Below, piece by piece: positions 13,770-27,113 of a DNA stretch of 64,000 bases. The translations under genes and the position numbers were made by a program. The notes beneath the pieces are model-generated. The model searched no databases. It was not told where the DNA came from and saw only the letters and a list, made by a program, of their open reading frames with translations. The stretch comes from the human T2T-CHM13v2.0 reference genome, Homo sapiens. Each line of letters starts with the position of its first letter. The stretch's first letter is position 1. The stretch lies in assembly GCF_009914755.1 (NCBI RefSeq), contig NC_060939.1. The stretch is one strand, 5' to 3'.

Positions 13770-14740
13770 TCTTGGTCAAAATCCTTCCATCAGCATTTAG
13801 ACACACTGAAGTCTCTCACCTAAAAAAGAACAATGAACACAATCTAACGCCCCTGGGCCTCACATCCAGTTTCTATCCCCTCTCTCTCTCTCCTCCCTTT
13901 CAAAACAAAAGTTCTATAAAGAATTGTTCATTGTCATTGTCTCAGTTTCTCCACTTCCCATTGATTTCTCAATCCACTTCAATATGACATCCATCCAGCA
14001 GTGACATAAGTATCTAAGTAACCAAGATACTTAGTTACCAAGATGGCTTGGAAAGCAATCATCCAGCCATAGAGCTTGGCAAGGTCCTACATCCCCCTGC
14101 TGGTTGGGAGGTTGACTTTTGCTACTGAATCATGTTGAGGTCTGTAGGTGAGCCAGGGAGAGAGACAATGAACTGGGGCTATAGGGGATCATTCAGGGGG
14201 ATTGGGGTGGTAGCTATTTACCAACCAATATATAAGTATTTCCACGTGTTCACACAGCATGGCTGTATCATTTGGTATGGTGTGAATACCAGCCTTGCTC
14301 CATCACTCCACATAAATAGCTCTTGCTAAGCTCATCAAAGACTTCCATGTTGCTAAATGTAGTAAGGATATTTTTCAGTCCTCATCTTACTTAATTTCTC
14401 AACTGCATCTGACTCTCTTAACCATTTCTTTCTTCTTGAAACACTCCTTTCTCTTGTCTTCTCTGGCCTCACACTTTCCTGGGTTTTCTCCTACAATGTG
14501 GGCAGCTCTTTTTTAATCTCCTTTTCTAGCACATCCCATTCGCCTGGCTATTGAATGTTGTAATTCCTAAATGCTTGGTCTGAAGCCACCTCTTCTTTCA
14601 AGGCTGTTCTTTCTCCCTGGACAATTGTACCCATGCCCATGTCTTCAATTCTAATTTACACACTAATTAAGTTGTATTTTATATTATCAGCCTAGAACTT
14701 TCCTCTGAGCGTCAGCTCTAACCACTTCAAAAGCACTTCA
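13770..14740 (+). mobile_element. L2 LINE body fragment (resumes at ~16505-17075 after an L1M insertion)
   Basis: L2 motif gacttccatgttgctaaat...cagtcctcatcttactt...ttcttgaaacactc. The L2 tail is at ~17030-17075. Confidence 0.7.
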
Positions 14741-14813
14741 GGAGGAGATATTTATGAAACACATATTTGATACAGAACTTGTATCCAGAATACATATTTT
14801 AAAACACTCATAA

Positions 14814-15050
<237 letters not shown>

Positions 15051-15726
15051 TAGGCAAAAGATTTGAATAGACACTTTATGTAAGAAGATCTACAGATGGC
15101 AAACATGAAAAGATGCCCAACATCATTATTCTTTAGGGAAATGCAAAATAAAATCACAACGAGATACCACTTCACACCTATTGATACAGCTAAAATAAAA
15201 AAATATTGACAACACGCGGTGCTGGCAAGGACTTGGAGCAGCTGGAACCCTCATGAATTGCTTGCGGGAATGCAAAATGATACAGCCATTCTGTAAGGCA
15301 ATTTGGCAGTTCCTTCTAAAGTTAAACATATACTTTCCATTTGACCCAGCAATCCCACTCTATTTGTTACTGCTATTTATCCAAGAGAAATAAGAACACG
15401 TGTTTACACAAAACTGTATGTATATGTTTATTGTGCCAAATATTGGAAACAATTCAAATGTGCTTCAACTGGTGAATAAACAAACAAACTGTGATACATC
15501 CATGCAGTGAAATAATATTTACCAATAGAAAGGAACAAACTACTAATACATAAAACAACAAGGATGAATTTCAGATGCGTTACCCTAAGTGAAGGGGAAA
15601 TCTATCTTGAAAGGCTACATACGAGATGATTCCATTTATATGAAACCAGGAAAAAACAAAACTCAGGGATAGGAAACAGATAGTCAAAGAAAAGGGCACC
15701 AGGAAACTTTTTAGTGTGATGGGAAA

Positions 15727-15899
15727 CGGGACTGGTTACATAATTCACAAGGTCCAGTGCAAAATGAAAATGTGGAGTCCCTTGTTTAAAAATTATTAAG
15801 AACTGAAAGACAGTGACAGGATACCAATACCATTCAACCAAGCGTGAGTTCTTCTATGTGTGGAGCGTGCACAGGTCCCATGCCCAGGAAAAATGCCCT
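15727..15899 (-). mobile_element. MER45A hAT-Tip100 MITE inserted in L1M
   Basis: ccagtgcaaaatgaaaatgtggagtcccttgtttaaaaattattaagaa ... gccctg matches the MER45A reverse complement. Confidence 0.75.
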
Positions 15900-17716
15900 G
15901 GATGAAAATGCTGTATATCTTGATGGTGGTATGACTACCTGGTGCTATGCATTTGTCAAAACCCATAAAAACACACTAGAAAGGATGAATGCTGCCATGT
16001 GTAAATTAAACCTCAATAAACCTGACATGTTTTTAAAAGACTCTTGTCACGAGGAAACCCCACATTAAAGTGGGCTGAGCTTCATCACACAGATATCACA
16101 CACATCATCACACAGAAAGACAGGCCTGTACCCTTCAAACTGCACATGAAAGCCAGGGAAACAGTGAGAGAGTGTTTCAGACGCAAGGAGACCAAAATGA
16201 CTTGGCAACCAAATGCAACGTGTGTTCTTGGACGGGATCTTGGGCCATAAGGAGAAAGGTTGTTGAGATGGTTGATGACATTTGAATGGGATTTGTGGCT
16301 TCTTTCCTGATTTGGGGCTTGTGTGGTGGTAATGAAGGACGGTGTCTTTAGGGGAGCATTTAAGGGCGTTGGAACAAATGTGATTAAATGCTAACTACCG
16401 GGGAAGCTGAGAAAAGGGAAGTCAAGAGATTTTTGTACAGTTCTTGCAGCTCTTAAGTTTGAAATTATTTCGAGATAAATTATTTCAAAATAAATTATTT
16501 TTTAAGTACTTCAAGATCGGCAGGTCAAATTCATGACTAGGAGGCCAAATTCATGACCTCCCTGAAATCTCCACCCCTAGAAGTGATTCTCTTCCAGTTT
16601 CCTTATCTCAGGAAGGCCCCACCTTCAAGGGGCTCTGGGAGCCAGAAACTCCCCTGATGCTTCCCTCTTCTTTCCTGACCCCTGCTTACCTTCCAGCCTC
16701 ATCTGGCCTCCTCTCCCCATCCATTTCTTACCCCTAAGCAGACTGGCCTTCCATCCATCCCGGGGACCACACACAAGCTGTCCCATCCCCAAATGTCACA
16801 TCCTCAGGAAAGCACCTACCACTACCATCCCAGGTCAGGTCCTGTGCTGGGCACCTTGGAGCCCTCGGACCTTCCCCACTATGGGTGCCTCGCAAGCATT
16901 GGTTTACCTGCACCATTCTACGATTCTTCAATCCACATGTGTCTCTCATCACCAGGTTGCATTTCCATGAGGCAGAGCCAGATCTGGTTCTGCTCACTGC
17001 CATCCTTGGCACTGTGTTTTACATGAGAGGTGCTCCATAAATATTCGCTGATGGAGCCATGAAGGAGTGAATGAATCCTGGCACATCTATTTGGAGGAAA
17101 TTGTTCCAGTCAGGTTCAAGCCAGGGCCAAAGGAAGTGAGCTAGTTGTGAGATCAGAAGGCTAAGATACATTTCTGTTAGTTTGCTTTCTCTCTATCCTG
17201 GCCCCCGAAATTCTTCTAGGCAGTGCAGCCCCTTTCTGAGGGCTTCTCTTGCCACAGTTGTGCTCGTTTACCCAGCCCTCTAATGATCAAGCTTGACCTG
17301 TCCTGTGACCTATCATTTTTGCCTGTCTATTATCCACATTCATATATATATGTACATATATTCTCATGCATATGTGTCTTTTGTGGGGAGTTTAACTGTT
17401 ACCAGGCCATTGAATTTTCCTTTATTAAATTCTAGGGCACCACATGGCAGGGCGTGAGTTCCAGTGGGAGGCCCCATGCCAGTGTTCCCCTTCTGTTCCC
17501 ACTCCCAGCTCATTCTCACACCACAAGGAACCTGATGCACTCCAGCCTGTAAGTCCTGCAAAGCCCAACTCTGTCCACAGCCCCAGCACTTGCCCCCGGA
17601 CACCACATGGGGCTGGACATGCACACACCAGTGAATCCATCAGGGAGAGGTGGGCCAGGAGTAGGAGGCCTACACAGGCCCTGGAAGTAGGCTTGGGAAG
17701 TGTGGTCAAGAGGAGA

Positions 17717-17876
17717 GTGTGGCAGGCAGATCACCTGAGCCCAGGAGTTCAAGACCAGCCTGGGCAACTGGGGTGGGAGGATTGATGGAGCCAGGAGGTC
17801 AAGGCTGCAGTGAGCCATGATTGTGCCACTGCACTCCAGCCTGGGAGAAAGAGCAAGACCCTGTCTCAGAATATAA
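17717..17876 (+). mobile_element. AluJ fragment with an internal deletion
   Basis: Left-arm segment (gatcacctgagcccaggagttcaagaccagcctgggcaac) is fused directly to the right-arm 3' part (gtcaaggctgcagtgagccatgattgtgcc). Confidence 0.85.
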
Positions 17877-19279
17877 GAGAGTGGGGGTTCTAGTAGGTGT
17901 GTCCAACCAGGTCTAAGGGCAGTACCACCATATGCCACTGTCTGTACTTCCTACTGTGGCAGTTTATGTGCTGGTATCTGGTACACTTATTTAGAGGGGA
18001 GCCAGGGATCCTGCACAGAAGGTAAGACTGACAGGGCTGGAACATCCATGCCTAATTGATACGGAATGTCGAGGCCCACCTTCATTAGCAGTGAGGTCTG
18101 ACTATAAGGCATTTTTAAAGATATAAAAGAATTTTAAAAGCATAGGGGCCCAGTCCAACTCCTTTATTTTAAAGAAGAGTTGTAAACTGAGCCTTAAGAA
18201 GGCTTAGCTTAGCCTTAGAAGCCTTAAGTGACAAAGCCCCCAAGTTGAGCCTCTAAGTGACAACAATGTGACTGGAACCCAGGGTCCAGATTATCGCTGA
18301 GTCAAAACCAAAGTGCTCCTCCTACACCTTTGAATATTCCAAACATGCTCACCCGGGGGGAAGGTATACTGAGGGAGAGGCATCAGTTAAACTGTATGGG
18401 CACAGAAGGCCAGGAGTCATGTTGTCCCAGCGCAAATGCTGCCTCTCGAGAGAGGTGGGCGCATGGGGCAAATGAATCTGTCATGCTAAATTTGATGTTT
18501 CTCATCTGTAAAATGATGTCATACTTGGCCCGAATTCACCTGGTTCAATTTTGGGAGGATTAAAATAAAGTCTATGCATAGTAGTTAGCATAGCGTCTGA
18601 CATATAGAAGAAAAGCTGGATAAATGTGAGTCGCTGTATTTTGTATGACGGAAAGGAGAATGATATTAACAAAATATTGCTGGTATCCTCAGGCTCCAGG
18701 GAACAGAAGGTTAAGCATGAACTGGAGTTGCCAGGTCCATTATCGGTATAGGAAGAGGCTCTTGAATCTCAAGTACTGTGTTTACAGTTTCCTCCCAAGC
18801 ATCTTGCTGAGGCAATTAATTTATATCAGCTCTGTTTTCTCTCTTTAATATCTCCCCTCCCCTTAATCAGGCACTCAAGGCACGTTCATCTATTTTGCTA
18901 GTCTTCTGGTTTTATTTCTTTCTAACATACATTGTTTTATGTCTTATTAACCATCACTTTCATCTTTATTAATATTCTTTCCCCATTTTCTTTGGGTTTA
19001 TTTAGTCATTCCTATTTTAATTTCTTCAGATGAGTGCTAAACACCACCCCTTTCTTCGAGGGAAGGTCTTTCTTCATTAGAAGTGAAGGCATTAGTAATG
19101 AAGGCGTTTAAGGCTATTAATTTTCCTCTGTAAACAGCTTTCACTGTCTCATAGATTTGGGGACTTGCACCCTGTCTGAAGAATTATTTCTGAACACAAG
19201 TAAACTTTTTAAAAAACTGATCACAAATTCAAAATTAATAATTCAAAATTAACAGCTGACATGTTAATGTGTGGCCTCT

Positions 19280-19990
19280 TGTCCTCAACACTTTCCTTCC
19301 TCTCCCCTTAACCTGCCTGCCAGTGTCCATGCCTACACTGTCTCTCCTTGGACTTGGACACTAACCCCTAATGATCTCTGCTTCCAGCTCCTGCTTCACG
19401 CAGTTGCTCCTGTGATCTTTCTAATTCAAAAATGCAGCCTCATGATTCCTCTACCTAAAACCCCTCAGCAGCTTTCTCATTACAGGATAATTGTTAGTGC
19501 CACACACACCATCCTGTGTCTGAACTCCTGCCCACCTCTAACCTCAATTGCCCTTCCTCCCAGACTCCACGTACCCTTATCCTTCATCCTCCAACAGAAC
19601 CAAGCAATGCGTGGTGCCCTGTACTCCCAGCTTGGTGCATAGCTCCATCCCTTTGCCATCACAGGCTGCCTTTGCCCACTGTGCCCACTCATGTCTCCCC
19701 TGCCAGCCCCTGTGCTGCAACCATCTCATCTGACCTTAGGAGACCCCTGCTTCAGAAGCCTCCCCAGGCACCCTCCCTGCCCCCTGCCTGCTCCATGGCA
19801 AAGCGCCCCTCAGCTCCCACAGCCACGTGGACATGGCCCTTGCCTTTTCCTCACCACAGTGCATTGAGATAATCTATCTGCTTGCTTATCTGTTTAACTG
19901 TCACTTTACTAATGACCAAACACAATGTTTCCTTTTACCTGGGTCCCTAGTCCTTCACTCTGATGCTGACTCTGAACTCAACTGATAAAC
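19280..19990 (+). mobile_element. L2 LINE 3' fragment
   Basis: L2-like gtgatctttctaattcaaaaatgcagcctcatgattcctctacctaaaacccctcagcagc. Confidence 0.6.
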
Positions 19991-20321
19991 ATCTCTGAGC
20001 CGTGGGCCTCGAGGGTTTTGCAGCTTGGGCTTTGGAAAGAAAACACTCACACGTGCCCAGAGCAGATGCAGATCCCTTTCAGACCTCACACTCTGCCTCT
20101 ACAGCTGGGAAGGACAACAGGTGGCACTCTCTGGTCTCCAAACAACATCAGGTCCTCCATGACACTCAGACAAATCACTTTTTCATTGAGGCAGATGAGG
20201 TTGGTTAAGGCATCTAGATTTTATTGAGCACTCACTATTGGGCAAGAAGTTTTTAGGGGGTACCTTCTTTAATCCTACAAGGTATGATTCCCACTTTCTA
20301 TAACAGGAAGATTGAGGTTTA

Positions 20322-20790
<469 letters not shown>

Positions 20791-20797
20791 GGTTTTA

Positions 20798-21334
<537 letters not shown>

Positions 21335-21679
21335 CTCTAGACAAAGCCGAGAGGAGGAGGGATTACAGCAAAGAGCTGTGGGAGCTGAAGGACTAGCCTT
21401 CTCCCACAGCAGTCCAAAGCTCAGGCCTGGGAGGGCTCAGGGTGGCTAGATTTCAGCCTAGGTGCAGAAGCCACTCTGAGTTTCCAGCTAGCAACTGGGC
21501 CAGGGCTCAGGCTGAAGCTGCCCATCTGGACACTGAGAAAAGATGAAACGTGTTTTGCAGCGTGTTGTACTTCCATGAAGCCACCTCCTGCTCCTGAGTG
21601 GTACCTGAGAATACATGAGGGACAGAGAGATAAGGATGCAGTGCGGGTCCGTGGCCATCACAGCAGGATGGGGCTGGGA

Positions 21680-21890
21680 GCACTGTTACTGAACATGTAA
21701 TAAGTGCCAGGCACTGTTGCAAGCACAGCACATATTGGGTTCATTTTACTCTCTACACCAACAATTTTACCTTTTGTATAGATAAGGCCCAGAGAGGTTA
21801 AGAAACTTGCCTGAAATCACATAGCTTGTGAGTGATAGAGCTGTGATTTAAATTCTAGAACTCTGGCTACAGAGCCTTCGCTCTTGACTA
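21680..21890 (-). mobile_element. MIR SINE
   Basis: aggcccagagaggttaagaaacttgcctgaaatcacatagc is the antisense MIR core. Confidence 0.75.
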
Positions 21891-21969
21891 AATGCTAAAA
21901 TTATCAAGGGGGTGGTCTGTCTGGCTTGGAAGTGGTTACAGAAGAAATGTCTAGGCCCTCTGGCATCCC

Positions 21970-22637
21970 AAGGGGCCAGCAGCTGCCTGAGCATTGTTAA
22001 GGGAAATCTCAAAAAGGTTAGGCGAGAGAACTTCTCTCTGCCCTGAGTCCTATGGTGTGTTGTTGGAGTGAAATGGAATCTCTCATCCCATGGTTATCTC
22101 CCTCCCCAACTCTCCACTGTTCTCCTCCGGGACCCTTTTCACAACTTGGAGATAGATGGTCAGGTGAGGCTGGAGTGGACTCGTGCCTAACAAGGGCTGG
22201 GGCCAGCGTACTGGAGAAGCACTCCACCACTAGTGGAGTGGACCCTTCAGCATGATTTTCAGAGTGCTTACGCCACTTGCTCTAATGAGATAGCAGATCC
22301 TGGTAGAGACTGGTTCAGGACCAAGGCCGTCATCACATCATTAGGGTAAGAGGCCTGAGAGGCTGAGCCAAGAGCTAGTGTAGCCTCTTCTCCTGCTCCT
22401 CCACTACAGTGGCTCCAGCCCTTGTTAGATACGAGTCCACGGCAGCCTCAGCCGACTCTCTCCAAGCTGCAAAAAGGATCAAGGAGGAGGAAGGTGGGTC
22501 AGACAGGGTGATAACTATGGGGCAGGAGATTCCATTTCTCCCCAACAGCACACCATAGGACACAGGGAAGAGAGAGGTTATCTTGCCTGGCCTCTTTGGA
22601 CCTCCCTTAAGAGTGCTCAGGCAGCTGCTGGCCCTTT
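21970..22637. repeat. Long imperfect inverted repeat in non-Alu sequence (arms 21970-22221 and 22394-22637)
   Basis: Manual alignment gives ~80% identity between the left arm and the reverse complement of the right arm. Three ungapped blocks of 35, 36 and 31 nt each have 3 mismatches. Confidence 0.95.
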
Positions 22638-23344
22638 AAATGGAGCCAGCTCCCACTGGGCACTCTTAAAGCTCACTTCATTCATGAATTAAGTCCCTGA
22701 CATCTCGTATCGGTATGATCAATATGTTTGTTTATTAGCAGCAGCTGCTGTGTTTTAGCGAAGGCGGTGAGCCCCCGTGAGAGGGCCGTCGGGTAACCAC
22801 AGAGCAGGGCCTGGGACAAGGAGGAGAAAGTCCTCCTGCCGGCAAATGGGAGCTGGGGCTGGATAGGGTTTCATGGTAATGGTCCTTTAATCGAAATAAC
22901 CGGTTCAGTAGGACTGTTTGGTAGGGAGCTGTGCTGATGGCTCCTGGCTGGGTCCCCACTTTAAGAGATCCATTAACTGGTGGCTGTGCTCCCAGCTGCT
23001 GGCCTATGCAACCACCAGCAGCGTGGGGGAAGCCGAGCTGCGAGGGTGGCCGCTGCAGGCCATGCTGAAGGGAGGGGGCCTTGAGTTGGCCGCTGTCAGG
23101 ATGTTAAGACCACGTAGCCTTCTGGCCTGGTCCCAAACCCAAGCTCGGCCCTCCTGTCCCCATTCTGGGTTCATTTTGCCTCAGTGACTCAGGAACCTCA
23201 TTCCTAGGCTGACTTATGTTTTCCAGAAGAGGAAAGGACTCATCACTTTCCAGTTCTGATATCTCCTCTGCATTGATGATTCAGGGTCTTGCCTCTCGTC
23301 CATTTGTCATGCTGGAGGTCCAGGGAATGATCCACAAAATCACT

Positions 23345-23560
23345 ACTTCATTCATCCATGCATGCATGCATGCATTTGGGAAACATTTAATGAGTAACTT
23401 CTATATGCCAGGCTCCATGCTGGCTACTGGAAACACAAAGATAAAGGAATGCAGGCATGCCCTGGGGGGATTTCAAGTCTTGTGGGGATAAAACCATGCA
23501 AACATTGACAATACCAGAAAATAGTAGCTGGATTGGGAAAATGTGTGATGTACTACGGCA
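23345..23560 (-). mobile_element. L2 3' end
   Basis: ttcattcatccatgcatg...aaacatttaatgagtaacttctatatgccagg is an antisense L2 tail. Confidence 0.7.
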
Positions 23561-23745
23561 GGTGAAACTCCTAAGTTGGGATGATGGAATGCAGGGAGCT
23601 GGCACTGGACCTGAGAGACTCTCCAGTAAATCTACAGGGCCATAAGGCTATTCCATTTCTCCCAGGTCCCCCATTACAGGCTAGACTGGCAGATCTCTTC
23701 TGTATTCCATAACATGTGCTGTGTGCTGCAGCCGGGCAGACTATG

Positions 23746-23953
23746 CAGTGGTCTTCAGCCGGGGGTGATTTGCCCCCCAGGGACATTTAGTAATGTCTAG
23801 AGACATTTTTTTATTGTAACATTTTTATGGTGGAGCAGATACCACTGGCATCTAGTAGTAAGAGGCTAGACATCCAACAATGCACAGGACAGCCCCCAAC
23901 AACAAAGAATGATCTGGACCAATATATCAACAATGCCAAAATTGAGGAACCTA
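23746..23953 (+). mobile_element. MER20 hAT MITE
   Basis: cagtgg...gggggtgatttgccccccagggacattt...caatgcacaggacagccccc...ttgaggaacc. Confidence 0.85.
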
Positions 23954-25696
23954 GGCTACGGTTTTGTATTTTATCCTAAGTGAGATGCAAACACAAGCAC
24001 CTTCACCACTTCCTGCCTTGCTTTAGAACTGCCCTCCTTAGTCCATCCATCACACTAATTTCATTATGCAACCAACCCACCCAATGGTTGGTCTTTCTAT
24101 CTGGTCTGCCACTTACATTGTTACCTTGGCCTTTGGTGTTTGATGTCGGGTAACATTTTCTAGGACAGGACCCTGGCTATTTCCACATTAACCCCCAAAT
24201 CCTCAAATCTTGGGGCTTCCCTCCTGGAAGATGTTCCAAATGGGCTCACCCTGTCTCCACAAACACATTCACCACTGATCCTGCCCTTGTTCTCCTGCCT
24301 CCATTCCATATTTAGCTTGAAGTGTGGACACATGGCTAAGTCCATCACTCCCACACTCTCACCAGAATCCCATTCTCCTCTCATCACTCAGCTCTGCTAC
24401 TCATGAGGCATGAACACAGGTGCTTCTAGTGCACAGAAAAAGGTCAGATAAATGTCACCAATTTATGACTTCACATTTTCTAGCACCTGGCTTAGGGTAT
24501 GCCTGAATCCAAAAGTTTTGAATAACTTCCAGTTGCTATCTGATTAAGATGTCATGATATCAAAGATGCTGAGATCCTGATTCTTTCTGCACAGGATGCT
24601 CAGTAGAGAATCCCAGGCTATCCACAGTCTTCATACTGTCCCCCAGCCAACTTCTAGGTAGTTCTAGAAAATGTCTGTTGTTGCCCTTGGACTTCCCAAA
24701 CCAAAGATGACAAACAGCCGCCTTCAATAAGTTGATAGTTGATGCCTGAAGCAAGATATTGTGAATAATTCCTGGGTAGTGGGGCCATGGGAGTCCTAGA
24801 GAAGAAGGTCTTTGGGGGTTCTCACTCATCTCCGCTCTATTCTTTGACATACTTCAGCTTTGAGCCTACACCCTCACCCCTATTCCAACGAGACAGCTGG
24901 CCCCGGTCCCTCCTATTATAAAAATTCTAGAATCTGAACTATTTGAGGCCAAGGTTCAGGAAGAAAGACAGTCAAGATCAATTAGCAATTTTTTTCAAAT
25001 ACATAGAGGTGAGAGGAGTGGAGGCTTCTGTGGCAGATGTTTGCCATTCTTGGATACAAATGGAAGATGAATTATCATGCATTCCTCATGCTATGTTAGT
25101 AGGACAGTGACTATGGCTGACAGTCAGTGTCTGGGTCTTCATGAGAGACCCAGATGAGTACTGAGATGGATTGCATCTTAAGTGAAGTTGACAATGCATT
25201 CTCGCTGGTTTTCACCTGTGGATATGTGCACAAAATCTGTCTGGTGATATAATTAGAAAGTAGGACTGTCTTCAATCTGCATATTTCAATGACCCATTCA
25301 TTGGAAAGGTGCCCAATCTGCGACTTTGTTTTCCTGAATGGCAACATGCACACGCTTTAGAACATCCCGATAAGCAGAGATTTTGAAAGCCCCTGAGGAA
25401 TGAATCAACGACTTACCCAGTGTTGGAATACACTCTCCTGTATTTCTGCCAAGCTGCCCTAGCTTTTTCCTGAACAATCCACAGATAAGGATTCATAGCC
25501 TTTTGCCCCAGGCAGCCCATTCTGACTAGGCACAGCCAGAAGCTCTGGCCAATTAAACATCACCCTTAAAGGTAAGAAAATTTACGGATCTATAAATTCC
25601 AACCTTCAGCCTCACTTCTTCCCTTGAGGACCCTCAGAACAGCCCAGCCCTCCTTCAAACATTCTTTCAACCATCTCAAGGTAGGATCCTAAAGAC

Positions 25697-25908
25697 CAAG
25701 GTTAAGCAACCCCAGGTCTTGGAACCAAATATGGCCTTCCACTTGTTTTTGTAAATAAAGTTTTATTGAAACACAGCCACATTCATTTGCCTATGGATGC
25801 TCTTACACTTCAACAGTAAAGCTGAGTAGTTGTGACAGAGACCATATGGCCTGCGAAGCCTAAAATATTTACTATCTAACCTTTTACAAAAATATTTGCC
25901 AACCCCTG
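25697..25908 (+). mobile_element. MER58A hAT MITE
   Basis: tgtttttgtaaataaagttttattgaaacacagccac...gagtagttgtgacagagacc...tttgccaacccctg. Confidence 0.88.
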
Positions 25909-25916
25909 CTGTAGAC

Positions 25917-26279
25917 CAGCAGTCCCCAACCTTTTTGGCACCAGGGACCGGTTTCATGGAAGACAATTTTTCCATGGATGGGTTGAGGGGGTGGTTTCTG
26001 GATGAAACTTTTCCATTCAGATCATCAGGCATTAGTCAGATTCTCATAAGGATCACGCAACCTGGAGCGCGCAACCTAGATCCCTTGCAATGAGCAGTTC
26101 ACAATAGCAGTTCACATTTCTCGCTCTCCTATGAGAATCTAATGCCACGGCTGATATGACAGAAGGTGGAGCTCAGGCAGTAATGGAGCTACCCCACTGC
26201 TGACCTCCTGCTGTGTGCCCCAGTTCCCAACAGGCCACGGACTGGTACTGGTCCACGGCCCAGGAGTTGGGGACTCCTG
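25917..26279 (+). mobile_element. MER1B hAT-Charlie MITE
   Basis: Terminal inverted repeats cagcagtccccaac / gttggggactcctg; 8-bp TSD ctgtagac / ctgtggac. Confidence 0.9.
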
Positions 26280-26589
26280 CTGTGGACTATAACTTCTTCG
26301 GTAGGTGCAGAACAAGCCAGATCTTGCTAGTGATCATCATGGGGCATGATTTTGAGTCTTTTCACCTTCACCATCCTGATCACTCTCCTCTTAACACCTC
26401 CTATTAATTTATGTTCATTTTTTAAAGAGCGATCCCAGAACCATGCTCTTGCAGGAACTGGACAAGACTCATCTCCTTCCTTTTTCTTAATACCAAGCCC
26501 TTCTTTCTGCAGAGAAAGATGACATTCACTTCCTCATGGTCAACAGTCACTGCTGATTTACAAGGTGTTCCCTGTTAACAACAAAATAG

Positions 26590-26830
26590 CACCAACATTC
26601 CTAGCTAGCATTCACTGAGCACTTGCTATGCACCAGGCCAGGGATAAGTACTACATATCACTGCTTTGATTGTTTCCACCAACTCTCCTATAAGGTAGAG
26701 CCTATCATTATCCCCATAAATGAAGAAATTGGAGGTTCAGAATGGTTAAGTATGATCCGAAGTCATACAGTTCACAAGTGACAAGGTTAGATTTCAAACC
26801 CAGGTCCTACTGATTCCCGAGCCCCATCTT
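26590..26830 (-). mobile_element. MIR SINE
   Basis: cattcactgagcacttgctatgcaccagg...atgaagaaattggaggttcagaatggttaag...atttcaaacccaggtc. Confidence 0.75.
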
Positions 26831-27113
26831 ACAGTAGCTTTCCCCTTCCCAGGTACTAGAACCCAGCTGCGTTACATTTGGTTATGGTTCCCACATCAAG
26901 AAATCGTGACTTTAACTTGATAATTTAGCTCACCTGCATTTATCCAACAAGCAGCTCACTGACTAAATGCATGAGCCAGGCCTTGTTCTAGGGTGCTGGA
27001 ATAATGGCAGTGAGCAAAACAGACAAAAATATCTACCCTCCTGGACCCTGCCTTTTAGCAGGATAGAGGAAAGGGAGAGAGGCATAAATAAAACAAATAA
27101 GGAAAAGAATTAG

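Noticed and set aside
21970-22637. Apparent excess of G-U wobble pairs on the + strand as evidence of RNA selection
   Set aside because: It holds only in the best stems. Over the full arms, G-U and A-C type mismatches were roughly balanced (~13 vs ~17), so strand-specific selection is unsupported.
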